From: Octopus vulgaris
Lineage: Eukaryota
NCBI GenBank assembly: GCA_951406725.2
Contig: OX597816.1
Coordinates: 48,980,001-49,044,000 of the forward strand
Length of the DNA stretch: 64,000 nt
Direction: 5' to 3'
The first letter of the stretch is position 1, and each line of letters opens with the position of its first letter. Below, piece after piece: positions 12,455 to 25,944 of this stretch. Made by a program: the position numbers and the translations under genes. The notes under the pieces are model-generated. The model saw only the letters and a list, made by a program, of their open reading frames with translations. It was not told where the DNA came from and ran no database searches.

Positions 12455-13636
12455 CATTGTGTTTATGTTATATCTGTCCTCCACCTCTGCTTGACAATGT
12501 TACCTTAGTCACTACGGCTTAGTGATTCAGCCAAAAAGTGCGATAGAATCAAAGACTTTCAAATTTAGTACGGGGGGTGGGTCGATTTTCTCAATTAAAC
12601 CCTTCATGGCTGTGCCCCAGCATGGTCACGCGCTAATCACTGAATCAAGTAAAAGACGAAAAAAAAAGAAAAAAGAATAATCATTAAATCATAATTTCCA
12701 AAAATTACGTAGTTTCTTAAAACTTTAGTATTGGCTGCAAAGTGTAAGGGAGGTAACTCGTTGAAAAGAATGAATTATTTACTTGCCGAAGTTTCATCTT
12801 CCGAGCGTAGTTTGGAAAGCTGATAGGGATTGACAGAATGGTGTTTCAGACATGAATAAGGTGTATAACCTGCTTTTGTGTAAGAGATGATGAGTGAAAT
12901 ATAGACTGGAATGAAGTCCATAGATGTAGACTTATATATAAGCCCATCAGCGGTATACATTTACTTATTCCTACTCTAATTCTCTTTTGTTCCTATCTAC
13001 GCAATCTCCAGCACATCCAAACTTCTTCACATCCCTATTGGCTCCAGTTATGTCCCGCTGAAAATTAGACATGAATACAGTTCTAGAGGCACTCAGCTGG
13101 AAACCTAACCTGTGACGACTACAAGATGACTGAGTTTTATTCGTACAAAGAAATCAGTTATCCTACAGGGCGATGAACGAGCTTCTATTCTATCACTAGC
13201 TGTGTTCTCTACACAAAGTAAAACAATACCATCACCTTCAGTAGAGTTAGGATCATGAGTATCCGGCTAAAATAACGACCTCCTACAACGACATAATTTC
13301 CAGTCTGAATCGAGAACGGAGCAGGAGTTGACGACATTGCTTAACTTAAAAATTAACCCACAAACACAAAAAAACTCTAAAAGGTGGGGGAGATCACCAA
13401 GAAGAAATAAGGAATAATGGTTTCAAATTTTGTCACAAAGGCAACAAGTTTGTGTTAGGGGATGATAACCGATTACATCGACCCCAGTGTTTCACTGGTA
13501 CTTAATTTATCGACCCGAAAAGGATGGAAGGTAGGGATGACCTCGGTAAAATTTGAACTCAGAATGTAACGACGAATTAGGGGCCCCGTCTATTGTCATT
13601 GATGAAGGAATCACACGGTGGTGGGGCGATAGAATG

Positions 13637-13889
13637 GTTGTATACTGTCAATCTAACACGAACGTGACAGTAGTACACCACCGCTGTTTAGCCCTAGGAA
13701 GCATCGACGCCTCCTGATGGCTTTGACACATTTTTTCCTGTGTCCTTATATACATTTACGAAGGTGGCGGGGAAGGACACAGGAAAAATGTGTCAAAGCC
13801 ATCAGGAAGCGTCGATGCTTCCTAGGGCTAAACAGCGGTGGTGTACCCCACTACTGTCACGTTCGTGTTAGATTAACAGTATACAACCA
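13637..13889. repeat. Inverted repeat with ~110-bp arms and ~25-bp spacer; same family as the hammerhead-bearing element at 24530-25025
   Basis: tggttgtatactgtcaatctaacacgaac...tgtgtcctt pairs with aaggacaca...gttcgtgttagattaacagtatacaacca. Confidence 0.9.
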
Positions 13890-14583
13890 AACTGACAAAT
13901 GTTCTCCTTTATTTTTTTTAATTAGTTACTGCTTCTACTAATAAACGTCTTTTCTTCAACAATGTTGAAGCTTAATAAGTTAAAATAGAATGGATTCTGT
14001 GAAATGAATGAGGTAATCGAAAATAATAACCTGTTTCGAAGTATTTGCTGATTCGATTCGGTTGCTCACGAGAGCAATAAATATATATATTCCTCATTAC
14101 GGTAGGGCGGAGCCCTTTTGTGCAAACAATTTACTTCTTCACGCAACCAAATATTCGATGGTATTTCGTTTTCCAGGACCTCATATTCTTTACAGATTTT
14201 ATTTTGATGGGATGAGCGGACGCAGGTGAGAAATAACATATTTAGAAAGAGTAAAGGAAAGACACACACACACATACACAAAGTATTATAGCATTAAACC
14301 AGTGATTATCAACCATTTTACAACCATTTTTGTCCCTCGTCCCACTTCGATAGCCCTAAAAAATGTACCTCTACCATGAACGAACAAAATATTTAGCATA
14401 TATTACGCAACAGAGATTTTTTTTTTTTATCAAAGCTTAGCTGCAAATTTTTTTTCTTTATATTTCCATGTTACTTCTTGGGCACCTTGGGTAAGTGTCT
14501 TCTACTATAGCCTCGGTCCAACCAAAGCCTTGTGAGAGGATTTGGTAGACGGAAAACTGTAAGAAGCCCGTCGTATATATATG

Positions 14584-14678
<95 letters not shown>

Positions 14679-15341
14679 GTATGTATGTATGTGTGTGTGT
14701 GTGTGTATATGTTTGTGTGTTTGTTTGTCCCCCAACATCGCTTGACAACCGATGGTGGGTGTGTTTACGTCCCCGTAACTTAGCGGTTCGGCACAAAAGA
14801 ACGATAGAGTAAGTACTAGGCTTACAAAGAATAAGTCCTGGGGTCGATTTGCTCAACTAAAGGCGGTGCTCCAGCATGGCCGCAGTCAAATGACTGAAAC
14901 AAGTAAAAGAGTAAGGAGAGAGAGTAAATAAACTACTCTTCACAAAAATATTGGCAACCCCAAAAGATAGGATATGGGTCATACCTTGAGAAAACATCTG
15001 GGTAGAGAATAACAAGGACTTAAAATAAACTCAAACAAAATGATTAACTATCGATATTAACTGAATGATGACTATCAAAGTATGTGATGTTAAGTGGAAA
15101 ATTATAATTGATAACCAATCAGGTACACAAATATCCAGCGGATCGATTATTTATATTTTTCTAGAGAATCGGTGATGTAGGCGTAGGAGTGGCTGTGTGG
15201 TAAGTAGCTTGCTTACCAACCACATGTTTCCGGGTTCAGTCCACTGCGTGGCACCTTGGCCAAGTGTCTTCTACTATAGCCTCGGGCCGACCAAAGCCAT
15301 GTGAGTGGATTTGGTAGACGGAAACTGAAAGAAGCCCATCG

Positions 15342-15391
<50 letters not shown>

Positions 15392-15839
15392 AGTGCCTGT
15401 GCTTGACAACCGATACTGGTGTGTTTACGTCCCCGTAACTTAGCGGTTCGGCAAAAGAGACCGATAGAATAAGTACTAGGCTTACAAAGAATAAGTCCTG
15501 GGGCGGTGCTCGGCATGGCCACAGTCAAATGACTGAAACACGTAAAAGAGTAACGATTAATATAATAATTAATATTATTAACTTAGTGAGCTGGATGAAT
15601 TGTTAGCGCCCTGGACAAAGTGCTTCGCAACAATGGTCCCAGGATGACGATGTCGACTTTGTTTTTCATCCTTTCAGGGTGGATAAAACAAGTATCAGTT
15701 GAACACTGGGTTTGATGTAATCGACTAGACCTCCCACCAAATTTCAGGTCAAGTTCCTATAAAAGAAAAAAAAAAATCAATCAGCTTTTTTTTTTCCACT
15801 TTAGGTACAAGGCCCGAAATTTTTGGGGAGGGGACCAGT

Positions 15840-16642
15840 CGATTATATCGACCCCAGTATGCAACTGGTACTTAATTTATCGACCCCGAAAGTATGAAAG
15901 GCAAAAGTCGACCTCGGCGGAATTTGAACTCAGAACGTAGTGGCAGACAAAATACCTATTTCTTTACTACCCACAAGGGGCTAAACACAGAGAGGACAAA
16001 CATGGACAGACAAACGGATTAAGTCGATTGCATCGATCCCCAGTGCGTAACTGGTACTTATTTAATCGACCCCGAAAGGATGAAAGGCAAAGTCGACCTG
16101 GGCGGAATTTGGACTCAGAACATAACGGCAGACGAAATACCTATTTCTTTATTACCCACAAGGGGCTAAACACAGAGGGGACAAACAAGGACAGACATAG
16201 GTATTAAGTCGATTACATCGACCCCAGTGCGTAACTGGTACTTAATTTATCGACCCCGAAAGGATGAAAGGCAAAGTTGACCTCGGCGGAATTTGAACTC
16301 ACAACGTAACGCAGACGAAATACCGCTAAGCATTTCGCCCGGCGTGCTAACGTTTCTGTCAGCTCGCCCCCTTAATTTGGACTCAGAACATAACGGCAGA
16401 CGAAATACCTATTTCTTTATTACCCACAAGGGGCTAAACACAGAGGGGACAAACAAGGACAGACAAACGGATTAAGTCGATTACATCGACCCCAGTGCGT
16501 AACTGGTACTTATTTAATCGACCCCGAAAGGATGAAAGGTAAAGTCGACCTCGGCGGAATTTGAACTCAGAACTTAGCGGCAGACGAAATACTGGTAAGT
16601 ATTTCGACCGGCGTCCGAACGTTTCGGCCAGCTCGCCGCCTT
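15840..16642 (-). mobile_element. SINE family B tandem array (about 4 units)
   Basis: Repeated ~182-bp bodies with two heads (ends near 16372 and 16642). Confidence 0.85.
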
Positions 16643-17346
16643 AATCAATTAGCTTTTTGCCAAACGATCTGCACAAATCATTCGTTTATAGTGATCAAAT
16701 GTATGTGATGTACATTAGTTCACTCCCTCCATCAAATTGACGGCAGAGCAGCCTGAGATAAAGGAAATTTGACAAGACAGTCAGTCGTCCGCTGACTCTT
16801 GTTGACGCTACATCGAAGAGGCCAGGGAACAGAAGAAAGAAGACATGCACTCAACACCAGAGCTGAAGACACCTCAGAAAGGAGGAGGCGGGGCACGTCA
16901 AAACGGTAGAGGATTAGGGGCCGAAACCGGACGTGGTTCCTCCTGATGATGTCTTGAGCTAACTGGATCCTATAAAGGAGCTGTTGTGATAGCAGACCAC
17001 GAAACATGGTTGAAATTCCTCATGCCGAAGAACACAACGCATCACCCCTCGGTCTAGGAATTGAAACCGCAATGCGTCCTCAGTTTTTCTGTTGCTGTTG
17101 TTGGTCGGCGTTCGCTCTGCGAATCGGTTTATGTATATGTGTGTGAATGTGTGTGTTTGTCCCCACCATTGCTTGACAACCGGTATTGGTGTGTTTGCGT
17201 CCTAGTATTTTAGCAGTTCGGCAAAAGAGATCGATAAAATAAATACCAGGTTAAAAAAAAAAAAGTACCGGGATCAATTCATTCAACTAAAAAAAGTTCT
17301 GTAAGACAGTACCTCAGCATGGCCGCAGTCTAATGACTGAAACGAA

Positions 17347-17368
17347 TCTATACATATAAAGCTGAAGT

Positions 17369-17407
<39 letters not shown>

Positions 17408-17738
17408 CAGGTTTGGTAGCCTTCAACTAACACTATCTCCTCCGAGACCCTGCGGCGCAAGTTGACCAAAATTGAGAGTATGATAGAAGAAGGCTTGCTC
17501 TTCCTTCCGTTGAAGAAAAAATTCAAATCGGACCATGTTAAGACCAAAAATTATTTACATCACAAAGGTGCTTTTTTTTCTATGAAAATCCCTATTTTTA
17601 CGATTTCGGTGTATTTCAACCAGAAAAATGTTCACTTAAAGAGAATAACAAGCTACATAATGCAAAATTTTTACTTTCCAAAAATTCCAATTCTAAAGGG
17701 TCGAAACAAACCCGAACAACGCCGGGCTATACTGCTAA
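17347..17738 (+). mobile_element. Non-autonomous Helitron-like element, subfamily 2
   Basis: Reads A|TCtatacatataaagctg...cccgaacaacgccgggctatactgCTAA|T. Confidence 0.7.
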
Positions 17739-18056
17739 TAAAAGATAAAAGATTAAAAAATATACAAATCAGGAAAGAAAAAGAAAACATCGTAAAAAAA
17801 AACCAACAACTTCAGCAATAAAGAAGTGGCTGGTGGTGGTGGTGGAGGTGTGGAAGGTGGAATAATTTAAAAAAAAAAAAGGATCAAATTTGGAAATAGA
17901 TTTCTCCCGCATCTTAAACGTATAAACCCGAAGAAATATCGGGGTGGCGAGGGTTACAGGTAGATAAATGTTACGCGTACGCTACGATCGTTTATTTTCT
18001 ATTTATCCAACCCAGCCCAACCCCCCCAATCACCTTCTCCCTCTCTGTAAACACAC

Positions 18057-18112
<56 letters not shown>

Positions 18113-18390
18113 CATTTCTTTACTCTTCCTACGTGAAGACTAAAAAGGTTTAAGGATTAGCTGTGGAAGCCCGTATGTCACTAATCCCGATAGCTTGTGT
18201 TGTTGTTGTTGTTGTTGTTAGCCAGTTTTTTGATCGTTCATTTTAGTCGTTGGACGGCTTAATTAAGCAAAGCAGACTACCTTGCTTATTATTTTTCTGT
18301 TTTCGTTTGGAAGAAAAATACTCAAGTGTTGTTCTATTAATGATTTTTTTTACCTTTCCGATGTCTTAAAGTACACCTTTGATAACAATT

Positions 18391-18443
18391 ATGTCTGATG
18401 GTTATTACCTGAGTGCTGCCCCGAGAACCGCACGAAAAAAAGA
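18391..18443 (+). CDS. INTU: Probable first coding exon of inturned (MSDGYYLSAAPRTARKK + phase 2)
   Basis: ATG at 18391 and donor GA|GTAGTT at 18444. Phase 2 matches exon 2 (GA+T = Asp). It lies in unique CpG-retaining sequence just upstream of the CpG-decayed domain. There is no homology support for this peptide itself. Confidence 0.5.
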
Positions 18444-18446
18444 GTA

Positions 18447-18524
<78 letters not shown>

Positions 18525-18901
18525 ATCATCTCATCCTCGTTGTTATGTCGGATGCTTTCGTTCACCCTATAACGTGGTTGTCCATTCAGTTCGGAGATGC
18601 CCAATTTTTCTAACGCTATTCATTATCGTTTTTTTAAATTTTTATTTTTGTAGTATTTATTGTTATTTATGTAATTCATTTATTGTATTTATTGTTCTCA
18701 ATGACTTTTTTTTTTGCCAATTTCTCTTCCCCCGCCCCCTAATGTAAACCCTCTCCTATTCGTAATTCTCACCATTTCTCTCTTCGTCTGTTACCTTACG
18801 TATCGGACCTACATAATCAGTTAGAAAATTATGTAGTCTTGTAATCGCTTTGATTATCAATTATTTAACAGAATAGTAGTAATAGTAGCAACAGCGTGGT
18901 T

Positions 18902-18975
<74 letters not shown>

Positions 18976-19994
18976 GCCTGCCTGCACATGTTTATGTATT
19001 TATGTATACGCATATGAGAAATGGAGGGGGAAAGAAACTAGTTGTCAAAGAAAATCTTATGGATGTTAAAGGTTACAGAAAGTACCTACAGACCCACTTA
19101 GACACAGTCAAGAGAAGGACATTAATGTATTAAAAGTTACCCACGAGCATATTTGGGCAATTTATACATACATGCATACATACATATATTTACATATATT
19201 CGCGCTCACACAACACAAAGGCAAGCACATCTATCTATCTATCTATCTATCTATCTATGTCTGTCTGTCTGTCTGTCTGTCTGCCTGTCTGTCTGTCCAT
19301 CTATCTCTCTATCCATTTATCTCTCTATCTCGCTATCCATCTGTCCCTCTCCATCTCTCTCTCTGTCTCTATCTATCTATCTATACACATATACAAGGCT
19401 TTATCTAGAGTTAAACATTTTGTTATGACAACAACCGCCATTTCATTCGTCTGTGTTGCTAACGAAGCGGTTTCTTGACAGCACATGCAATCTCGATAAT
19501 GCCAGAACGTGTCTGGAGCTGCACTGCATAGCTAATGATAAAATTACCTCCTTAAAGGCGGCGAGCTGGCAGAAACGTTAGCACGCCGGGCGAAATGCTT
19601 AGCCGTATTTCGTCTGCCGTTACGTTCTGAGTTCAAATTCCGCCGAGGCCGACTTTGCCTTTCATCCTTTCTGGATCGATAAATTAAGTACCAGTGACGC
19701 ACTAGGGTCGATGTAATCGACTTAATCCGTTTGTCTGTCCTTGTTTGTTCCCTCTATGTTTAGCCCCTTGTGGGTAATTATCTCCTTAAATTATCTCCTT
19801 AATTATCTCCTTAAATTCCTTTCCTTCTTCTTTCTTTACCGGATAAGGATCTGTTCACATAATTTTAATGTATTATAACATTAAGATTCCCGGGCTTATT
19901 ACATGATGCATTGTAGCGCCCACCTACTACTACTACTACTACTTACCTACATACCTACATACCTGCTTGTCGTCCAACCGTGCGTATATAAGTC

Positions 19995-20300
19995 GTCGCT
20001 CTTTTCAAGCCTAGCCAGGCTCATGGGCCCGGTTTCCCGGTTTCTGTGGCATATGTGTTTCCCCCAGCTGGACGGGACGCCAGTCCATCACAGCGTTACT
20101 CGAGAAACAGGAAGAGAGAGTGAGAGGAAGTTGTGACGAAAGAGTACAGCAGGGGTTGCCACCACCCCTTGCCGGAGCCTCGTGGAGCTTTTAAGTGTTT
20201 TTGCTCAATAAACACACACAACGCCCGGTCTAGGAATCGAAACCGCGATCTTCCGACCGCGAGTCCGCTGCCCTAACCACTGGGCCATTGCGCCTCCACA
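19995..20300 (-). mobile_element. SINE family C (tRNA-derived head), representative copy
   Basis: Head gtggaggcgcaatggcccagtggttagggcagcggactcgcggtc...ggtttcgattcc with A and B boxes. Relatives lie at about 21040-21345, 33986-34270, 42075-42365(-), 44709-45015, 50785-51018(-), 56008-56250, 57823-58070 and 62330-62500(-). Confidence 0.85.
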
Positions 20301-20694
20301 TGTATGTATATATGTTTTTTTTGTTTGTTGATTTGTTAATATTTTCTCTAGGTTTCAAATTCCACCGAGGTTGACTTTACCTTTCATCCTTTTGGGGTTG
20401 ATAAATTAAGTACCAGTTGCATACTGGGGTCGATCTAATTGGTTTGATGCTAATGTTTCTGCCAATCCACAACTTTTAATAATTTCTAATTTGGGTTGCA
20501 AGGATAACAATTTTGACATAATTACATCAACACTGGTACTTGACAGATATTTTATTTTATTTAATAAAACACCTGTCTTACTCTCTTACTCTTTTACTTG
20601 TTTCAGTCATTTGACTGTGGCCATGCTGGAGTACCACCTTTAGCATTGGTTGTCAAGCGATGTTGGGAGGACAAACACAGACACACAAATATAT

Positions 20695-20755
<61 letters not shown>

Positions 20756-21350
20756 TGCGACGGGCTTCTTTCAGTTTCCATCTACCAAATTCACTCACAA
20801 GGCTTTGGTTGGCCTGAGGCTATAGCAGAAGACACTTGCCCAAGGTGCCATGCAGTGGGACTGAACCCGGAACCATGTGGTTCGTGAGCAAGCTACTTAC
20901 CACACAGCCACTCCTGCGCCACTGTTGCCTTTCATGCAAAAAAATATTCAACATAGTGCATGTGTATTATAATTATGATATTAGAAATTATTAACTAAAT
21001 GAAAAGAATTAGAAATTATGATTATTAATATTATTATTAGTGGAGGCACATGGCCTAGTGGTTAGAGCAGTGGACTCGCAGTTGAGGGATTGCAGGTTCG
21101 AATCTCAAACCGGGTGATGTGCGTGTTTAGGAGCAACATGCCTAAGCTCCACGCGGCTCCGGCAGAAGGTAATGGCGAACTTCTGCCGACTCTGTCACCA
21201 CAACTTTCTCTCACCCTTTCCTCCTGCATCTTGCAGCTCACCTGCGATGGACTGGCGTCCCGTCCAAGTGGGGAACCTATATGCCAAGGTAACCGGGAAA
21301 CTGGCCCTCATGAGCCAGGTATGGCTTGAGAAGGAACAAACAACAACAAC

Positions 21351-21407
<57 letters not shown>

Positions 21408-22039
21408 AGTGGTGAGGTGGCAGAATTGTTAGCACACTGGGCAAAATGCTGAGCAGCATTTCATCTGTCTGTTCATTTTGAGTTCAAATTCTGCCAAGGT
21501 CGACTTTAACTTTCATTGTTTCAGGGTTGATAAAACAAGTACCAGTTGAACATTGGGATTGATGTCATTGACTTAGCCCCTCACTCCAAATTTCAGGCTT
21601 TGTGCCTACAGCAAAAAAGATTATTATTATTATTATCATTATTAGGTGCAGGTGTGGCTATATTGTAAGAAGTTTACTACTCAGTTACTACTAAACCAAT
21701 CTGAGTTTAGTCCCATAGCATGGCACCTTGGGCAAGTATCTACTACTATAGCCCAAGCCTGACTAAAACCTTGTGAATAGATTTTGTAGATGCAAACTGA
21801 AAGAAGGCGGCTTTATATATATCATCATCATCATTTAGCGTCCATTTTCTATGCTAGCATGGGTTGGACGGTTCAACTGGGGTCTGTGAAGCTGGAAGGC
21901 TTCATCAGGCCCAGTCAGATCTGGCAGTGTTTCTATGGCTGGATGCCCTTCCTAACGCCAACCACTATATAAAAACCAGCTTAGAGAAGAAGAAACGAAA
22001 CAAAACCAAACGAATCGAATCAACGCTATATATTATTTT

Positions 22040-22320
22040 TTATAATTATGAGTATAATTATAATTAGGGTTCACCAAAAAATTTGCTTCGCCACATACTG
22101 AACCTTAGAAATAGCAGCCGAAAAACTTAGCTATTTCTTCTACTATAAGAAGAAACTCCCAGACAAACGTATACTCAAAACAATTCATATATATAGTTAT
22201 CGCCATACTAATATGGTAGTCTATAAATATAAGACTAAAGCTGTCGCTGATTAGCTCCAAGAGGCCATCGCCTCTAGCTAGCTATATGACACACGAACCT
22301 GCGTTCATTACAACCTTCGA
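22040..22320 (-). mobile_element. Fragment related to the 54515-55900 pLTR-like unit
   Basis: Shares taattaggg...gccacatactgaac...tagaaatagcagcc...ctacta with 54516-54620. No hammerhead core is seen in the retained part. Confidence 0.6.
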
Positions 22321-22769
22321 ACAGTCAGATCTGGCAGTGTTTCTACAGCTGGATGCCCTTCCTAATGCCAACCAGTCCGTGAGTGTAGTGGGTGCTTTTT
22401 ACATGCCACCAGCACGGAGGCCAGGCGAGGCTGGCAATGGCCACAATCGGATGGTGTTTGTTATGTGCCACCGGCACGGAGGCCGAAATATGTGTGCGTG
22501 TGTGTGTGTGTGTGTGTGTGCATATGTTTCTGTGTCTATGTTTGTTCTCCTACCATCACTTGACAACTGATGCTGGTGTGTTTATGTCCCTGTAACTTAG
22601 CAGTTCAGCAAAACAGATTGAGAGAATAACTACTAAGCTTACAAAGAATAAGTCCTGGGTTCGACTAATATTTAATGGAAATGTGTGTATATATATATAT
22701 ATAGGCAAGGAGTGGCACATAGGTGCGGGAGTGGCTGTGTGGTAAGAAGCTTGCTTACCAACCACATAA

Positions 22770-22818
<49 letters not shown>

Positions 22819-23252
22819 CTTTGTGTTTGTTCTCCCCACCACTACCACCACCACCACCACTGCTTGATAGCAGGTGCTAGTTTGTTTACATACCCTTAAC
22901 TTAGTGAACCTGATATAATAAGTACCAAGCTTAAAGAACAATAAAGAATGAGTAGTGGGATTGATTTTATTTGACTAAACCCTTCAAGGTGGTGCTCCAG
23001 CATGGCCGCAGTCCAGTGATTGAAACAAGTAACAGATAAATGACAAAAACATTACCATAATGATAGATATGAATAATTCTCTAAACCCAGTCAGATGCTC
23101 TTATGATTTTGCTAGAGATTATTTCTCCTAATTTGCAAAAGTTATTATCTAGTTATTTATATATAGATTTGGCGATGCAAACTGGAAAAATAGAACTCGG
23201 AATATGAGTATATGTATATATATTTTTCACTAATATTTAACAGAAATGTATG

Positions 23253-23300
<48 letters not shown>

Positions 23301-24712
23301 TATATAGGCTTAGGAGTGGCTCATAGGTGCAGGAGTGGCTGTGTGGTAAGTAGCTTGCTTACCAACCACATAATTCCAGGTTTGGTCCTGCTGCATGGCA
23401 CCTTGGGCAAGTGTCTTCAACTATAGGCTAAGGCTGTCCAAAACCTTATGAGTGGATTTGGTTGATAGAAACTGAAAGAAGCCCATCATCATCATCATCA
23501 TCGTTTAACGTCCGCTTTCCATGCTAGCATGGGTTGGACGGTTCAACTGGGGTCTGGGAAGCCCGAAGGCTGCACCAGGCCAGTCAGATCTGGCAGTGTT
23601 TCTACAGCTGGATGCCCTTCCGAACGCCAACCAGTCCGTGAGTGTAGTGGGTGCTTTTTACGTGCCACCGACACAGGTACCAGACTAGGCTGGCGAACGG
23701 CCATGCTTGGATGGCGCTTTTTACGTGCCACCGGCACGGAGGCCAGGTGAGGCTGGCAACGGCCACGATCAGATGGTGTTTGTTACATGCCACCGGCACG
23801 GAGGCCAAAATATGTGTGTGTGTGTGTGTGTGCATATGTTTCTGTGTCAATGTTTGTTCTCCTACCATCACTTGACAACTGATGCTGGTGTGTTTATGTC
23901 CCTGTAACTTAGCAGTTCAGCAAAACAGATTGAGAGAATAATTACCAAGCTTACAAAGAATAAGTCCTGGGTTTGATTTGTTCGACTAAAGGCTGTGCAC
24001 CATCATGGCCTCAGTCAAATGACTGAAACAAATAAAAGAGTAAAAGATATGTATAATATGTATGTATGTGTATTAATAATATTGTAACTAAAAAGCACCA
24101 ACCTATCGTGGCTGTTGCCAGCCTCCTCTGGCCCCTGTACCAGTGGCATGTAAAAAGCACCCACTATACTCACAGAGTGGTTGGCATTAAGAAGGGTATC
24201 CAGCTGTAAAAACAGGGACATAAACACACCAGCATCAGTTGTCAAGTGATGGTAGGAGAACAAACAGATCAGACTGGGGCCTGGTGCAGCCTCCTGGCTT
24301 CCCAGACCCCAATTGAACTGCCAGCCCATGCTGGCATGGAAAACGGATGTTAAATGATGATGATGCTGATGATGATCTTACATTATTTTGTTAATTCATT
24401 TTGGTACAGTATTATTTCATAGTCATTTTCGTCATTATTTCTTCCATAAAAACTAAACTTTTATTTCTTTTATAAAAATAATTATCCTTATAGAAATATT
24501 ACATTTCTAAATATCTCAGAGAGATATAAGCAGTAGTGGTACGATAGAGTAGTTGTATACTGTCAGCTTAATGTGACAGTCCCATGAAGGGAATCACATC
24601 ACTGCTATTTAGCCCTAGCCAGCATCAACGCTTCCTGTTGGCCTTGATACATTTTCTGTGTCCTTATGTTTACAAGGGTGAGATAAGCACCCCCACCCAG
24701 CTAAGCCTGCAC

Positions 24713-24752
24713 CCAGAGACTAGTTTCTGAGTCTTTCTCATCATCAGTCTGG
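24713..24752 (-). ncRNA. Minimal type I hammerhead ribozyme
   Basis: Minus strand reads CCAGA-CUGAUGA-UGAG aaaga CUCA-GAAA-CUAG-UC^-UCUGG. It has a perfect core, a 5-bp stem I, a 4-bp stem II, a palindromic CUAG stem III/loop and a GUC triplet. Confidence 0.85.
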
Positions 24753-25096
24753 AGTAGCATGGCCTGCTAGCTGGAGATGCTTGTCTAGGCCTTGTAACCA
24801 TATAAGAATTCTAGTGAAATAAATCTACTGATTACAAAAATAGAAATATTACATTTCTAAATATCTCAGAGAGATATAAGCAGTGGTGGTACAATAGAAT
24901 AGTTGTATACTGTCAACTTAAAGTTGACAGTATAAGCCGACAGGAAGCATTGATGCTTCCTAGGGCTAAATAGCAGTGATGTGATTCCCTTCATGGGACT
25001 GTCAACTTAAGTTAACAGTGTACAATTATCCTTACCTTCTTTGTATACTTCATTTGTTTGATTTAAGTAACATACATTTTACTTTTCTTTCACTAG

Positions 25097-25569
25097 TTAC
25101 TTCTGTCCTGTGTGGTCTTATCATATTGGTGTGCAGGGAGAAATTTTTTTCGTAGAAGCAGCTGAAAAACATGGACACTACAGTGAAAATATACAACCAG
25201 CTTCCAACTCTTCTATCAATGTCAGTAAGTCTAAGCTTCCTCACAGCCAAGATAACAACTCTGACAGTCAAAGCCAAAACCTGTCCAGTTACTCAGAAAG
25301 TATCGACACTTCAAAGTTTGAAACAGAAAAAAGTAAAAACCAAAGTGAAGTCTTCTTGTTGCCGGTACCTTGTGAGAAGAACTCTAATGAACTCACGGAT
25401 GTTGAATATTTCGAAAAGCTCTTCGGAATTGTACTCTGCAGCTATAATGTCAAGTCAGCTCTTGTGGAGAATACTGATGGTGATGAAAAGTATAGAGACA
25501 AAAAAAAGTTGATAGTACAGAAAGTAATAATTGGAAGCCAGGCTCAGAGGTCACATAAGATACATAAAG
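25097..25569 (+). CDS. INTU: Inturned exon: N-terminal motif and first part of PDZ domain
   Basis: Acceptor ttttctttcactag| and donor AAG|GTAATT. YFCPVWSYHIGVQGEIFFVE resembles the INTU N-terminal PxW...GELFY/F motif. KLFGIV...KLIVQKVIIGSQAQRSHKIHKG is PDZ-like. Confidence 0.88.
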
Positions 25570-25818
25570 GTAATTTGGTTGTTGTTATTTCAGAATCATG
25601 TTTCCATTTATACACTACACCGTTATTGACATTGTTGGTTAACAGAGCAGAGAAGGAATACTTCCTCTAAATTCACTATAGCTGAAAAGGGTATAGTGAG
25701 AAAATAGCTTACGTAAATACAGTCACGACCAAAAGTTTGGAACATAGGTCTGAAAATTAGAATTTTTATATTAAATGCCCAAATATTGTATATATAACAT
25801 ATATACAATATATACATA

Positions 25819-25893
<75 letters not shown>

Positions 25894-25944
25894 GTATGTA
25901 TGTGTGTGTGTATATATATATATATATCCTAATATCCTTAAATC

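Noticed and set aside
25570-25670. C-terminal part of ORF 25110-25670
   Set aside because: It is intron read-through past the donor at 25570; the PDZ continues at 32362.
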